NCBI RefSeq assembly: GCF_963921235.1 | Contig: NC_086097.1 | Coordinates: 30,630,001-30,694,000 of the forward strand | Length of the DNA: 64,000 nucleotides | Direction: 5' to 3' | Origin: Mobula hypostoma | Taxonomy: Eukaryota | Shown here: positions 1 to 13,899 of the stretch, piece by piece | Layout: every line of letters begins with the position of its first letter | Position numbering within the stretch: position 1 is the stretch's first letter | Notes under the pieces: generated by a model | The model's database searches: none | What the model was told of the DNA's origin: nothing | Seen by the model: the letters and a program-made list of their open reading frames with translations, nothing else | Position numbers and translations under genes: made by a program

Positions 1-139
1 GACTTACCCATTCTGTAGGTTTATTTGCGTCCGCCTGTAACATTCTGCAGTTCTGCTGTGTTTACAATCAACACCCCTACTCCATGGAATAAAAGAAAAC
101 AATTTCTAAATCTGCAGATGACATCAAGAGATTAAAATC

Positions 140-1650
140 GGAAATGTGAACTGCAGTGATCCTAGGATTGAACGTTGTGGAACAGCATCATCCACTAACT
201 TCCACTATCAACAGTTACCTTTTAAACCCATGCTTTGTCCTGAATCAATTCTATGTGTCCCTTGATGTTACATTCTGAGTTTATATACTGGTTATTATGG
301 GCGCTTTTGTGAAAGCCCTTAAAAATTTAGATCAATTACATTTACTGTTGTAGCTACTCTTTCTGTTAGCTCCTCAAAAAGTTCAGTAAGATTGATCGAG
401 GCTTTTAAAATCCACGCTCTCCATTATAGTGCTTCCATCATTAAGGATTCTTACCATCTGGGACATGCCCTCTTCTCATTACTACCATCAGGGAGGAATT
501 ACAGGAGCCTGAATACAGAGTCAACATTTTGGGAACAGCTTCATCCCCTCCACCAGACTTCCGAATGGTCCACGAATCCATGAACACGACATTGCTATCC
601 TGCTCTTTTTGAACTTCCTTTTTATATTTCTTATTGCAGCTTACAGTAACTATATTACACTGTACTGTGCCACAAAGCAACACATTTCACAATAAATGTC
701 AGTGATAATGAATCTGATTCTGAAAATGATTCGTCTTTTAAAAGAGATCAAAGAAATTAGCTTTATTTGTCACATGTATGTCGACGAACACCACAGTCCA
801 AGGATGTACTAGGGAGACAGCTCGCAAGTGGCGCCACAATTCTGGTACCAGCGTAACATGCCCACAACTTGCTAAGGCTAACCCATACACCTTTGGAATG
901 CGGGAGAAAACCAGAACACCCAGAGGAAACCCACAGTTACAGGGAGAGCGTACATACTCCTCACAGACAGCGGCAAAAATTGAACCTCGCTGATTGTGTA
1001 AAGTGATGGAGCTAACCGCTATACTACCATGTAACCCCTTCTCACCTTTGGTAAGAATTCTATAATTTTTCCTAGCACCACTGTTAACCCGACTGTTTCA
1101 TTGCCTCCACAACATGTTCTATCCCCATTATGAAATACAGGTATTACATCAGCCTTCCACCAATCCTCTGGCACAACACTATTAATGTAGCAATGCCCCT
1201 GCTATCTACTCCTCAGATTCTCTTACAATGCTTGGATACAATCCATCTGGACCAAGGTCCTTCTACTCCAAGTTGGATTCACTAATTTAAACTATCTCCT
1301 TTCTCTATTTTAAACACTAGTTATCTCATCATTCACTGACATGACAGCTCGTTCCATCTCCTTGCTAAATACGGAAGTGAAATAATGATTCAATACTTGT
1401 GCCAACTCCCTGTAATTACCATCTAACCCTTAATGACCCTATTCTCATCCCAACCCACACTTCTATGGTCTGTAAAATATTTTACTATTTTAAGTTCCTT
1501 GATAATTTAATTTCCCTTTCCACTTTGGCTTTCTAATTTGGTTTTTGACTCCTTTCCTGTTGCTTTCTCTCATGCCTCTGCTGTCCACACACTTAATGTT
1601 TGCCTCTTTGCTTAGTCTCAACTGCTCCCATATTTATCATTCATAGTACC
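140..1650 (-). mobile_element. Highly decayed CR1/L2-type RT remnant interrupted by younger repeats
   Basis: Reverse strand gives PGPDGLYP- and LTVVLGK-like remnants around 1060-1260. Confidence 0.45.
425..725 (+). mobile_element. Rex1/Babar-type LINE 3' end (similar copies at ~2440-2765, 7195-7640, 8410-8620, 9785-10180, 22035-22540, 40800-41274)
   Basis: SIIKDSYHLGHALFSLLPSGRNYRSL C-terminal motif and ATGTCAGTGATAAT..(CTGATT)n tail recur across the window. Confidence 0.75.
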
Positions 1651-3343
1651 TCGTGCTTAGCGAGCTCTTTTCAACAGAAAATATTTGTCCTGCATTGCTG
1701 AACACAGTACAACTTTTCCTGTTACCATCCACATGCTACTGCTCAACTTATCCTCCCAAGTTTTATCCTCAGAAAGTTTTTCACTCATTCATCAGAAGAA
1801 CCTTATCTTTGTCACGTCTACATCAAAACATATAGAGAAATGCTTCATGTGTGTCAACAACCAAGAAAGTCCAAGGATGTGCTGGACAGCCGTAAACGCC
1901 ACCATGCTTCCGACACCAACAGAGCATGCTCACAATCTACTAACCCATGTGTCTTTTGAATAAGAGATGAAACCAGAGCACCTGGAGGAAACCCATGCAG
2001 TCATAGGGAAAACAAACAAACTCCTTACAGGCAATGATAGGAACTGAACCTTGATCTTACAGCAGGCACTGTAGATCACTGCGCAAACTGCTACACTTCT
2101 AACCTTGTTTTTAGCTTACTCTTTTATCCCTTCTGCCTCGTTATGGCATTGCAGCTTATCATCTACCTGCACTTTCTCGGCACCTTGAACACTTTATTCC
2201 TCATTCTTTATTGGCTTCCCTGGTACTACATCAATGGACTGTTGTCATGAAATGATCTGCATCGACAGTGACAAAACAAGTTTTTCACTATACCCCAGCA
2301 CATTTACAAAATTCAACCAATTACACTTCTGTCAATTTCTTGAAAATGCTTGGATGCATTTTCTTTACATCATTTACTGGCACCCACACTTCACGGAGTC
2401 CTACAGCCAGCCAGAAACCGGCCCTCTGGCCGATCACATCCATGTCACCCACCTCTGAGGACACCTTCAAAAGACAGTGCCTCAAGGTGACAGCATCCAT
2501 TGTTAAGGCCCCTCACCACCCAGGATATGCCCTCATTACTATCATCAGTGAGCAGGTTCAGAGCATGAAGACTCATGGTTCAATGTTTTAGGAACAGCTT
2601 CTTCCCCTCCCACCTTCAGATTTCTAAATGGTCCAAGAATCTATGAACACTACACTATTTTGCTGTGTCTCCGCATTTGTTTTAATACATTTCTCATTGT
2701 ATTTTATGTATTGCATTGTACTTATGCTACAAAACATTTTATGGTATACTGTATGTCAGTGATAATATATAATTAAGATATTTTTAAGGCAGATGTTTAT
2801 GGACTTTTGATTGGTCAGGACATGAAGGGATATGGGGAGAAGGCAGGAGACTGGGGCTGAGAGGAAAACAATCAGCCAAGATGAAATGGAGGAGCAGACT
2901 CAATGAGCCAAAGGCCTAATTCTACTCCTATGTCTTATGTTCTTATATTAAACCCAATTCAAATTCCATGTCTACATGTGCTGCACTTCCTGTAACTGTA
3001 CCACTATATTCTGCATTGTGTTATCCTGATTACTACCACATTGTACTTATGTATGGAATGACCTGCGTGGATGGGAATCAGAAGTGCCAAAGCTTTCACT
3101 GAATCTTGGTACATGGGACAATAATAAATAACACAACCAAGCAGCTAACCAGACCAAGTCCAGAATCTAGCCCTCACAATACATCCTATTCTACCTCACT
3201 GAAATGCTCACCTACACAGAGAGGGTTCCTGACTCCAACTACCCCTTCAGGCAGTTTGTTCCAGATTTAAACCATCCGCCGGTGAAAGTAAGTTGCTGCA
3301 ATCCATTCTAAGCCTACTGTCTTTTCCTTAAACCTATACCTTT

Positions 3344-3610
3344 GGGGCAGCACAGTAGTTAGTGTACCATTTTACAGCTCCAGTCATTGGGGTTCAATTC
3401 CACTGCCGTAAGGATTTTGTTCGTTCTCCCCGTGATCCTGTGGGTTTCCTCCACGTTCCAAAGTTGCACAGTTAGTGTTGGTAAGTTGTGGGTATGCTAT
3501 GTTGGCGCTGGAAGCATGGCAACACTTACAGGCTGCCCCCAGTACATCCTCGCTGATTTGATTTGATGCAAAAAAACAGCACATGATAAATAAAGCTCAT
3601 CTTTATCTTT
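3344..3610 (+). mobile_element. tRNA-headed V-domain SINE, tail type A (copies ~745-1030-, 1815-2095-, 9170-9440-, 10285-10620+, 13533-13825-, 18408-18728+, 19585-19770-, 21643-21850-, 48978-49290-, 58700-58995+)
   Basis: B-box GGTTCAATTCC (3391-3401), central GTTCTCCCCGTGA..TGGGTTTCCTCC V-like domain, tail ATGCTATGTTGGCGCTGGAAGC...AAATAAAGCT(AATCTTT). Confidence 0.78.
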
Positions 3611-3864
3611 ACCCTCTGGTTATGGACATCTATCGAGTATGCCTATGTCCGAGATAAATTTGTCCACCATATTTGGCACCTCTCTCAGGCTTCTCTGACA
3701 AAGGCGTTCGATCTCAAGTAAGGTACTGCTGAATTCCCCTCTACCCTTTCCACTGTAAACAAATCTTCCTTACAGGAAGGACAGAGGAATCCTGGGGCTC
3801 ACATCCATAGATCAAAGTTCAGTTCTTGTCACCTCATTATATAAAGGATGTTGATTAGAGCATA

Positions 3865-5000
3865 TTAGAGACACTACCTATGCAACTTATCTTATACACC
3901 TCTAACAAATCACCTTGCTCGCACCAAAGAGAAAAGCCCTGGATTGCTCAACCTATTTTCATAAAACATACTCTAATCCAGACAGTATCCTACAAATCTC
4001 CTCTGCACCCTCCCTAAAGCTTCTCCACCTCCTTATGAGGTGACCAAAAATTAGATTATGAGGACACGCAGTCCTCTTTTATTGTCATTTAGTAATGCAT
4101 GCATTAAGAAATGATACAATTTGTTCCTCCAAAATGATATCACAGAAACACAAGACAAACCAAGACTAAAAAAACTGACAAAAACCACATAATTATAACA
4201 TATAATTACAACAGTGTAAGCAATACCGTAATTTGATAGAAGAACAGAACATGGGCACGGTAAAAAGTCTCAAAGTCTCTCGAAAGTCCAATCATCTCAC
4301 ACAGACGGTTGAAGGGAGAAACTCCCTGCCATGAACCTCCAGCGCCGCAAACTTGCCAATGCAGCACCCTGGAAGCACCCGACCACAGTCCGACTCCAAG
4401 TCCGCCCAAAAACTTTGAGCCTCCGACCAGCTCTCCAAAACCGGCACCATCTCTGCCGAGCACTTCAACCCCGGCCCCGGCAACAGGCAATAGGCAAAGC
4501 CGAGGATTTGGGGCCTTCCCCTCCGGAGATTCTCGATCGCACAGTAGCAGCGGCAGCAAAGCAGGCATTTCAGAAGTTTCTCCAGATGTTCCTCCGTGCT
4601 GCTCACGTCTGTCTCCATCAAATCAGGATTGTGCACGGCATCCTAGTTCACAAATACGATATCATTTTGGAGCAGCCGCGCGCACTGCGTCGCACCGCCA
4701 TCTTCTCCTCCCGCCTCCTGATTAAGTGATTGATTTAAGTGAAATCAATATTCCATGTGTGGTCTAAACTAAAATTTTAGAGTTGCAACATTAGTGTGGC
4801 TAATGGCAGCCAAAACACCATACACCTTAACAACTCTATCAACTAGCATGGCAACTTTTGAGGGATCTATGGACATAGACCCCAAGATCTCCCTATTCCT
4901 CCTCGCTGCTGAGAATCCTGCCATTAACCCTGCATTCTGGCTTCAAATTCAAACCTTCAAAGTGAATCACTTCACACTTTTCTGGGTTAAACTCCAAAGT
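3865..5000 (-). mobile_element. CR1 fragment split by the 4051-4718 insertion
   Basis: CR1 ORF2 3' motifs on both sides (CTCTGCACCCT..GGTGACCA / AATATTCCA..GGTCTAA..GCAACAT). Confidence 0.7.
4051..4718 (-). mobile_element. Young non-coding retro-element with AAGATGGCGG head and hairpin + TCTAA tail
   Basis: CpG-rich insert inside a CR1 fragment. CCGCCATCTT at 4695-4704. Reverse-strand 3' end ATGACAATAAAA-GAGGAC-TGCGT-GTCCTC-ATAATCTAA. Confidence 0.7.
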
Positions 5001-8000
5001 GTGGAGTTCTTCCAGCAGATTGTTTATTACTCCTGATTCTACTACCTGCAGTCCCTTGTGTCCAAGGATTAGAGAGAGACCTCAGGCTCTATTATTGAGA
5101 TTCAAGTCCAGGCTGGTGTCTTTTCCTGGAATGTCAATTGACATCAGCTCTGCTCTCAAGTGGATGCAAGAGTTCAGTGCTGCTTGAAAACAACCAAGGA
5201 AGTTCTGTGATCTAGCCAGATATTTATCCCTTAAAATAGTTAAAACAGATGTGATGTCAACTCAATTACATTGTCATTTGTGCAAGATCACTGTAAAGAG
5301 GCTGGCTGCCCCTTTCTGGCATGACAAAAATGGCGTTTCAGAAGGTACTAAGTTGCTTTGGGAAATGTCAAGAACATAGAAGGTTTTTACAGAAATGCAG
5401 GTCTTCATCATCTGAAATTGGCTGTAATTTGAACAACCATGGCAGAAGCTACACATTCACACCAAACATTTCATTGGCTATGTCTCAAGTAAAAACAGAG
5501 TTAAGTGGGTCTCCGTCCAATTCACCACTTACTAAGGTTTTCTGCTACAAATTACTCAGATAGAAAGAGAGCACTTAATGCAGCTTTAAACTGAATCTGA
5601 TTACCATGGGTCATGTTGAATCACATCCTAAATCTCTAATCATGCAACTTCCGCAATTACACCTCAACATGTTCACAAGCCACACAAAAGTAAATTCAAA
5701 CCCAAACCTAACATTCAATACTTACATCCCAACCACTGCAATATTTGGCATTTACACCCAGAAAACAAGCTGTGCATCAGTTATATACCACAACTTCACA
5801 CACAAGATATATACAGTATAATATATATTTTACTGAACACTGCAATATTTTGGACCACCCACTATTAAGTGCAAAGAATAGTTAGTAAATTGTAGGCATG
5901 CTATGTTGGCACTGGAGCATGGCCACCCTTACAGGGTGCCCCCAGCACATTCACAGACTGTGTTGGTCATTTGATGTTTCAATGAACATGATAAATAAAT
6001 TTATTTTCTTTATTTAGAGATTGGGCTGGAAAGGCTTTTCCACACTTCCGAGCTGCACCACCCAGCAACCTACCTTTTTACACGAGCCTAATCACAGGAC
6101 AATTTACAATGACCAATTAACCTACCAATCAGCAATTCTTTGGGCTGTGGGAGGAAACCAGAGCACCTAGAGGAAACACTTGCACTCATGGGGAAATCAT
6201 ACAAACTCCTGACACACAGTGTTGGAATTGAAATCTGAACCCTGAGCTGTAATAGTGTTATGCTTACCACTACGCTACCACAGCCCCCAAAATAAAGCTA
6301 ATCTTTATAAAACAAGGACTTGAGTGGCAAAAGCTTCACATACTATGAAATTTGAATTCAGAGTTCTGAAAAAACACAGCAAAAGTAGTCACGTGTAATC
6401 CAAATAGATATTGGGCCTTTTACATCATGAAACAGAACCACAGGTCACAGAGGGCTAGTTCTGTATAACAGCCAAGCTAATCACACTTTCCATTCCTTCC
6501 CCATAGCCCTGCAAATTCCTTTCAGATACTTATCCAGTTCCCTCCATATCCTTGCAAGTGAACCTGGTTGCATTGGTCCCCTGGTACAGCATTCCAATAA
6601 TCCCATTTTGTTATAAAGTGGTCCTCATGTTACTTTTGTTCTTTGCCAACAATCTTCTGATTCTCGAATCCTACGTCCAAGAGAAAAAAAGTTCTCTTCT
6701 CCTACATGATTTTCAACACCTCTGTCAGACTACCTCGCAATTATAAAAGCAAGGGCAAAGTGATTGAGGGAAACGCTGAACCTGAATCAACTGCGGAAAC
6801 AACCACTAATAATGGAGAAATTAATGGGGAATGTGCAATTATGAAGATGCAAAGACCAAGTATTGTAAGGCTGAAGAACTATTTTGCAATTTTCTGTAAC
6901 AAGGAGCCACATCATCTACTCATGCACCAACAAATGAGAGTTTAAGAACAAAAACTGAGCTAAATGGCTTGAGGGCAAATCTCATTCCCTGACAGAAAGA
7001 ATAACCAGATGATTTACAATATCTGAATATCTGCAAGGGCAGATTTTCATTACCAAAATCATCTATACTCAAAAAGTTCACCAATAGCAATAACATCTGA
7101 AAAAAATCCAACTGTTTCACTAATCCCTCTGGTCTTGAAGCTATGTAGTGACTACAGTTCATGAGTTTGAGGTGATTCGGTAGATTAAAGACACTTGCAA
7201 ATTTCTATAGATGCCTGGTGGAAAGCATTCTGACCGCTTGCCTGGTATGGAGGCTCCAATGCTCAGGATCAAAAGAGGTGACAGGGAGTTGCAAACTCAG
7301 CCAGCTCAATCACAGGTACCATCATTGAGGACATTTTCAAGAAGTGATGCCCCAAGGAGGCAGCATCTATCATTAATTACTCTGACCATTCACAACATGC
7401 CTTCTTCTCATGCCTACCATCAAGGAGCTACAGGAGCCTGAAAACCCACACTCAATGATTCAGGAATATTTTCTTCCCCTCCACCAGATTTCTGATTGTC
7501 CATGAACACTGCCTCACCATTCATTTTGAGCCTTATGTCATTTATTTTGTAATTTATAGTATTTTTATATATTTGTACTGTATTGCCACTGCAAAATAAA
7601 TTTCACAAAACTAAGTCAGAGATAATAAACCTGTTCTGAGTTTCACAATAACAGTTCATTCTTTAACATTTTTTAAAGTGGCCCAGCAAGGCACATACAC
7701 ATTCGCAATTTGTGGAGGATGAGCAGGAGGCTATAAACCCAGACTTACCAGCAAGATTTAATTTCAAAAAAGGCACTGCTCAGATTTATTTTATATACGT
7801 GTACGTAACACAGATTGTTCTGCAAGTGCGAAGTGTTGAGCAAAGTGAGTAACAAAAGAACAATGGCAGGTCGTGGTCATTTAGTCACTCCACTATTGTC
7901 ACATATACTGAGGTGATAAAGCTTAGCATGCCCTCCACACTGATCATTTCATATCAGTACAGTGAGGTGCAACATAAGAACAGTACAGCACAGTACAGAC

Positions 8001-11000
8001 CCTTCAGCCCATGATGTTATGCCAACCCTTTAACCTACTCCGAGATGTAACCCTTCCCTCCCCCATAACCTTCCATTCTTCTTTCATCCATGTGTCTATA
8101 CATAAGGAGTCTCTTAAATTTTCCCTAATGTATCCATCTGCCTCTAGATTGTTATTGTTATTGAATGTTTAGTGTCATAGTTCTGTAACTTGGGGGGGGG
8201 GCACTTAAACTTGTTAACTTAGATGCTTGGTTGAATGTTTGTAAATAAATAGCTAACGTGCTTACTCACAACCAGCATCTTCTGTCTTACTTACTGAATC
8301 TGCTTCCACTGAACAGACCCCGCATCAGGACCCCGAAACAAGAGGAAATCTTCAAAAGTGAACATACTTTGAGAAGGCTTTGCAATAGAGTCATTCAACA
8401 GAGACACAGACATTGCAGGTGCACAGAGCTGGCTCCATCGTGACCAAACTCCCCATCACCAATAACACTTCTAAGAGAAGGTGCTTCAAAAAGGTGGCAT
8501 CCAGCATGAAGGACACTCCCCATCCAGGACATGCCCCTCTCTCATTACTACCAATACAGAAGTGGAACAGGAGCCTGAAGACACACATTTAGGAACAGCT
8601 TCTTCCACTCCCGCAGATTTCCTCCCACAAAAATGTACAGGTTAGTAGAGTAATTGGTCACATGGGTGTAAATGGTCAGCAGGGACTTGTTGGATTGCAG
8701 GGTCCTGTTACCGTGCTGTATCTCCAAAATAAAATTAAAATGCTGGGTTTTTAAACTCAATGAATGGTAAAGCAAACAGCTTTCTCCCACTTCTATGCTC
8801 CTATGACATCTAAAAAGTGATAGAATTGCTCTTCTTGATAACTAAATCCGCCCTTCCAACCATGCTCAAACAGAGGTGAATAACCAGAACCTTGCAAACC
8901 AAATCCAAACAGAAAACAGGGCAAGAGCTATGGAAGCAAATAAAAACAATTAAGAGCACTGCAAAAAATATACATCAAAACATTTTATGTGGCGTAACTG
9001 AGGTGTTTGGGGGAAAGTATAAGGGAGATGTCAGAGGTAACATTTTTATTACAAAGTCATGGGTGTGGGGAACATGCTGCCACAGAAGGTGGTAAAGGCA
9101 GATACATTAGGGACATTAAGGGGCCCTTAAGCACATGGATGAAAGAAAAATCGAGGGCAATGTGAGATAAAGATTAGCTTTACTTGACACGCACGTCAAA
9201 ATGAAATGAGTCAATTTTGCATCAAGTCAAATGAGCAGGAATTTTGCTGGGGCAGCGCACAAGAGTCACCATGCTTCCAGCAACAACATAGCAAGCTATA
9301 ACTCAATAACACTAACCCTACATCTTTGGAATGTGGGAGGAAACTGAAGTACCGGGAGGAAACCCACACGATCAGAGAGAATGTACAAACTCTTTACAGT
9401 GGCAGAACTGAACAAGGGTCACCGGCACTGAAATAACATAACCACACAAACTCAGCAATTTTATTCTGTGGCTCCAATGTTTGGGTAGCGATTTGTGAAT
9501 TCTGTAAGGATGAATTTTCTTAACTTGAACAGTAGCAAGAGGAGGTCACAGGTAGTGGGACCAAGTGGATGACAGGCCAATATAGAAGGTCTGGATGTGA
9601 CAAGTGTTTCTGGAAATAGTACAGAGAAACTACAAAGAACAAAATTATGCCTACATAATTGGAAATTGGAATAAAATTGGAATACACCATTCAGCAGCAC
9701 TAAAACACCTTACCAAGGGGTCAGCCATGGCTCAGTGGCAGGATATTCACTACAGACTCAAGGTTATGGGTTCTAGATTCAGAGATTTAAGTGTACGAGC
9801 CAAGCCAAAAGAGGCTCCAACAAATTTCTACAGATGTATCATGGACAGCATATCACCATGGTTATATCACCAACTGGTATGGAGGTGCCAATCCAAAGGA
9901 TCAGAAAAAGCTGCACTGAGTCGTAAACTCAGTCAGCTCCATCCTTGGCACTGGCCTCCCCACCATCCATGCCATCTTCAAAGGCGGATATCTCAAGGAG
10001 ACAGCATCCATTATTAAGGACTCTCACCATCCAGGACATACCCTCTTCTCATTACTACCTTTGGAGGAAGGTGGTGCCTGAAGACCCACACTTAATGTTT
10101 CAGGAAGAGGCTCCTTCACCACTGCCAGATTTCTAAACAGTGAATGTACCCATGAAAACTTCTTCACTATTTTGCTTTTCTTGTTAAAATTAGCTACTGC
10201 ATCTTTCTACACTACAATAGCAACTACACTAGAGACTGGCTGTCAAGAATAAAGACAGGCTGTGAAAGGCCATGAAATGCAAGGAGGCAGCACAGAAACG
10301 TAAGAGTTAGCACATTTTACAGTGCCAGCGATCACCAAATGCGGTTCACCCCCACCACATTCTGTAAGCAGTTTGTATATTCTCCCATGACAACAAGGGT
10401 TTCCTCTGGGTGCTCTGGTGTCCTCCCGCTTTCGTAAGACATACAGGTTAACGTTAGTAAGTTATGACATACTATGCTGGCACCAGAAGCATCGGCCCTG
10501 AGCAGAGCTCTCCGACTGTGCTGGTCACTTGCGCAAAAAGATCAAGCCGTACATTGACACCTTTTACTCTACTCTTCTGTTCTGATGTACATGTGACACA
10601 AAGCCAATCTTAAAATCTTAAGCACAAAATTCAATGACTGCTTTCATTCAATAATATATGCGACTAATACATCCAGTACTATGTCAGCATGATGGCTTTG
10701 TCACATAACACGTACTGAGAAGAGTGAAGTCTTCTCCTTCCCCGCAATGCCCCAACCCCCTTCACCCCATGCCACATCAGGCACCATTGATGCAGCCACT
10801 TCCTTTAGACATGTGGACTTTAAGTAATTACCATTTCAAACAGGTTCTAGAGTCGTGGGGGGAGGGTGGGATTTAAAACCAGCCCTGCTGATAATAATGT
10901 GCTTTAATTACTAGACAGAGGAGCACCGCACCTGGGAATCCTTCACAGGCTTGCGCAGTAGAGGAAAGTTCAGATCAATGCTGCCAATCAATGCATCTTC

Positions 11001-13899
11001 TATTGGTGACACTAAAGACTGAAGTCAAACCGCAGAGCCTTTCAGCATATTTAAAGGCATATCCTGTTGCTAATGTAATAATGCATACAATTTTCTTTAG
11101 TATCAAATTTTCTATAAGAAAATGCAGAAATTACAAATTGACAGATCAACTAACTGAAATCCTGGTATGACACGAAAGTCAGCGGCCGAACTGAACCCAG
11201 GTCACTGGTGGTATAAGAGTGAGTGAGTGAGTGTATACACACACACACAACTGTTCCATCGTGGCTGATTTATTACCCCACTCCACCCCTTCTTTTCCTG
11301 TCTTTCTCCATAACCTTCAATGCCCTGAATAATGAAGAACCCATGAACTTCTGCTTTAAATATACCCAATGACTTGGCCTACATAGCCACTTATCCAGCC
11401 CTACAATCCCACACTGCCCAATTACACCCATGTGATCAATTAACCTACTAACCCATACATTTTTGCAATGAAGGAGGAAACAGAAGCTCACACAGATCTA
11501 TGAATATAGAAACCCCTTAAAGACAGCTGTAGGAATTGAACCTAGTCACCAATATCAAAGTTCAAGAAAATTTATCAAAAGTACAATCACCATACATTAC
11601 GCTGAGATTCACCTTCGCGTAGGCACTCAAAGAAATACAACAGAATCAATGAAAAACCACAAAGACAAACAATGAATGCGCAAAGACAAAATACTAATAA
11701 ATAAACAATACTGATAGCATGAGCTGTTAAATCCTTGAAAGTGAGTCCATAGGTTGTGTAATCAGTTCTGAGCTGTAGGTCAGCTTTCTTGTGGAAGCAC
11801 TCCTTGTAATGGTGGGGAGGGATTTTCTTACCTGTTCTGCTAGGAAAAGAATATTCAATCATTTGGACATCTACAAGCCCACTGGACAAGTCAGAGGTTC
11901 GATGTCTGAATTCACAAGTCTACTGGAAGCTGGAGGCTCAGACCACTGGTCCTGGGTTGGAGGCTCGTCTGCATGCGAGTTGGCACGTGGGTGGAAGCAA
12001 AGGAGCTTGTTTGGCTGCTGTTGTTTATGTTGTCCTGCTGAACATTATGGACATGTTACATTGGCACCAGAATGTGTGGCAACACTTGCAGGCCTCCACC
12101 AGAACACCCTTAGGTTGTATTGTTTGTTAACACAAACGATACACTTCACTGCATGTCAAGGTACATCTAATAAATATGAATCTGAATCAAATCAGTTGAC
12201 GTAAGATTCATACCTCAACTCCATCTGGCTCTCTTCAATTTATATTCCTCAATTCTTTGTACGGTCCTCAGTACGATAAGATAAACTCATGACCTGACAA
12301 TCTATCTGGACATTGACCTGCACTTTATTGTCTGCCTGCACTGCACTCTCTCCACAATTGTATCACCTTATTTAGCATTGTTATTGTTTCCCTTTGTAAT
12401 ACGTCAATGCACAGGTGTAATGAAATGATCTATATGTATGGTATTTTTCTCTGTTCCCAGTACATGCAACAATAATAAACCAATTTACCAATATCTAAGG
12501 AGATACTGAAGCAGATGAACAGAAGATTAGTTGAAGAGTTTAATTGTAAGGAGCATATTAAATAACAGTGCAGTGCACAACAAATGCATTAGGGCCTTGG
12601 CAGCTGAAGACAACTAGCAATGGTGGAGCAACAGGGCTAAAAGATGGAATAATGGTAAAGCAGGCTCAAGGGTCTGCTCTGATTTTAATAAACTCTTGTT
12701 GTACAGTAGATCCAGGAAAGTCTGGAATTGGGAAGCAATAACACGGTCAAGAAGAGGAAGTGATCTCATTATCTAGCCACGAAATACACATCTTTACCAT
12801 AATACATGCATCTTCACTCTTTACAGTGAGTTGTTTCAGGAGGGAGAGCACAGGAGAAGTGGCTCATACACATAGGCAATAGAGCACCGTCAACAAACTC
12901 AGATTATGTAACGCACAACAGCAATGCCTCGCAAGATACAGCAGATTCATCAGAACCACCGCAGTGCATTACGTCCTTCAGAGGTACTCCAGCCAGATCT
13001 ATTCTGTGTGATGATGCCATCCAAGCAGAAGTGTGTGGGGGCAGTTCCGTTCCATTTACAGAATCAGTGATCGAATTACACGAGTTGAAGTGCTTTTGTA
13101 GCAAGCAATTTACACTACAGCGAGTTTCATTTTCACTGCACACTGGAGTATGAAATAACCTCTGCATCAGGCAATGAAACCAAATCGTTACAACAGCTCA
13201 AATCACAACACAACTCGCAGTGCATTCAACATCACCTTCCTCTTGTACTTGACACATTAACACAGCAACCAGGTCAGGGAATGAGCATTAAACCTCAGAG
13301 ACAAACCTCACATGACACTTCTCAGAAATACCCCAAGATCAATTTTGCATTCAGAAGCCATAGTACATCCTTTGGGGTTTCTATATATTAAAAACTCAGT
13401 TTAGAATGTCAGCTTAAGAGAACAGAATATGTACTTTTCAGGAAACCGGATTTAGTATCAAGCACTTGTCTGGGTACAGCGTCAGAGTGATGATGAAAAA
13501 CTCTTCTCTAATCCTGCCCCGAGTACCAGTGAATTAAAGATTAGCTTTACTTGTTATGTGTATCCAAACATAGAAGCATAATAAATGAAATGTGTCATTT
13601 GTGTCAACATTCAACATGGTCTGAAGACGTGCAGATTGCAACCTGCCGAGTGTCACCATGCTTCCATTACTAACATAGCATGCCCACAACTTACTAACCC
13701 CCCCCCCAATGCCTTTGGAACATGAGAGGAAACAAAGCACTCAGAGGGAACCCATGTGGTCACAGGGAGAACATACAAACTCCTTACAGACAGGAACCCC
13801 AAATGTTGGTGCTGTAAAGTGTCAGACTAAAACAACATCCTCCCATCAAGCACACCCCATAATAGTTGTGGCACAGACAGATGTAAAGATTCCATGGCA

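Noticed and set aside
3344..3401. tRNA genes at SINE heads
   Set aside because: Only degenerate A/B boxes with no cloverleaf; they are followed by SINE bodies.
4206..4729. Four overlapping 114-138 aa ORFs
   Set aside because: Expected in GC-rich repeat sequence; no recognisable domain.
12904..13167. 87-aa minus-strand ORF (and 6706-6945, 48690-48908) as possible Jagged or nested-gene exons
   Set aside because: No EGF/DSL cysteine spacing or other recognisable similarity, and no convincing splice-site pair identified.
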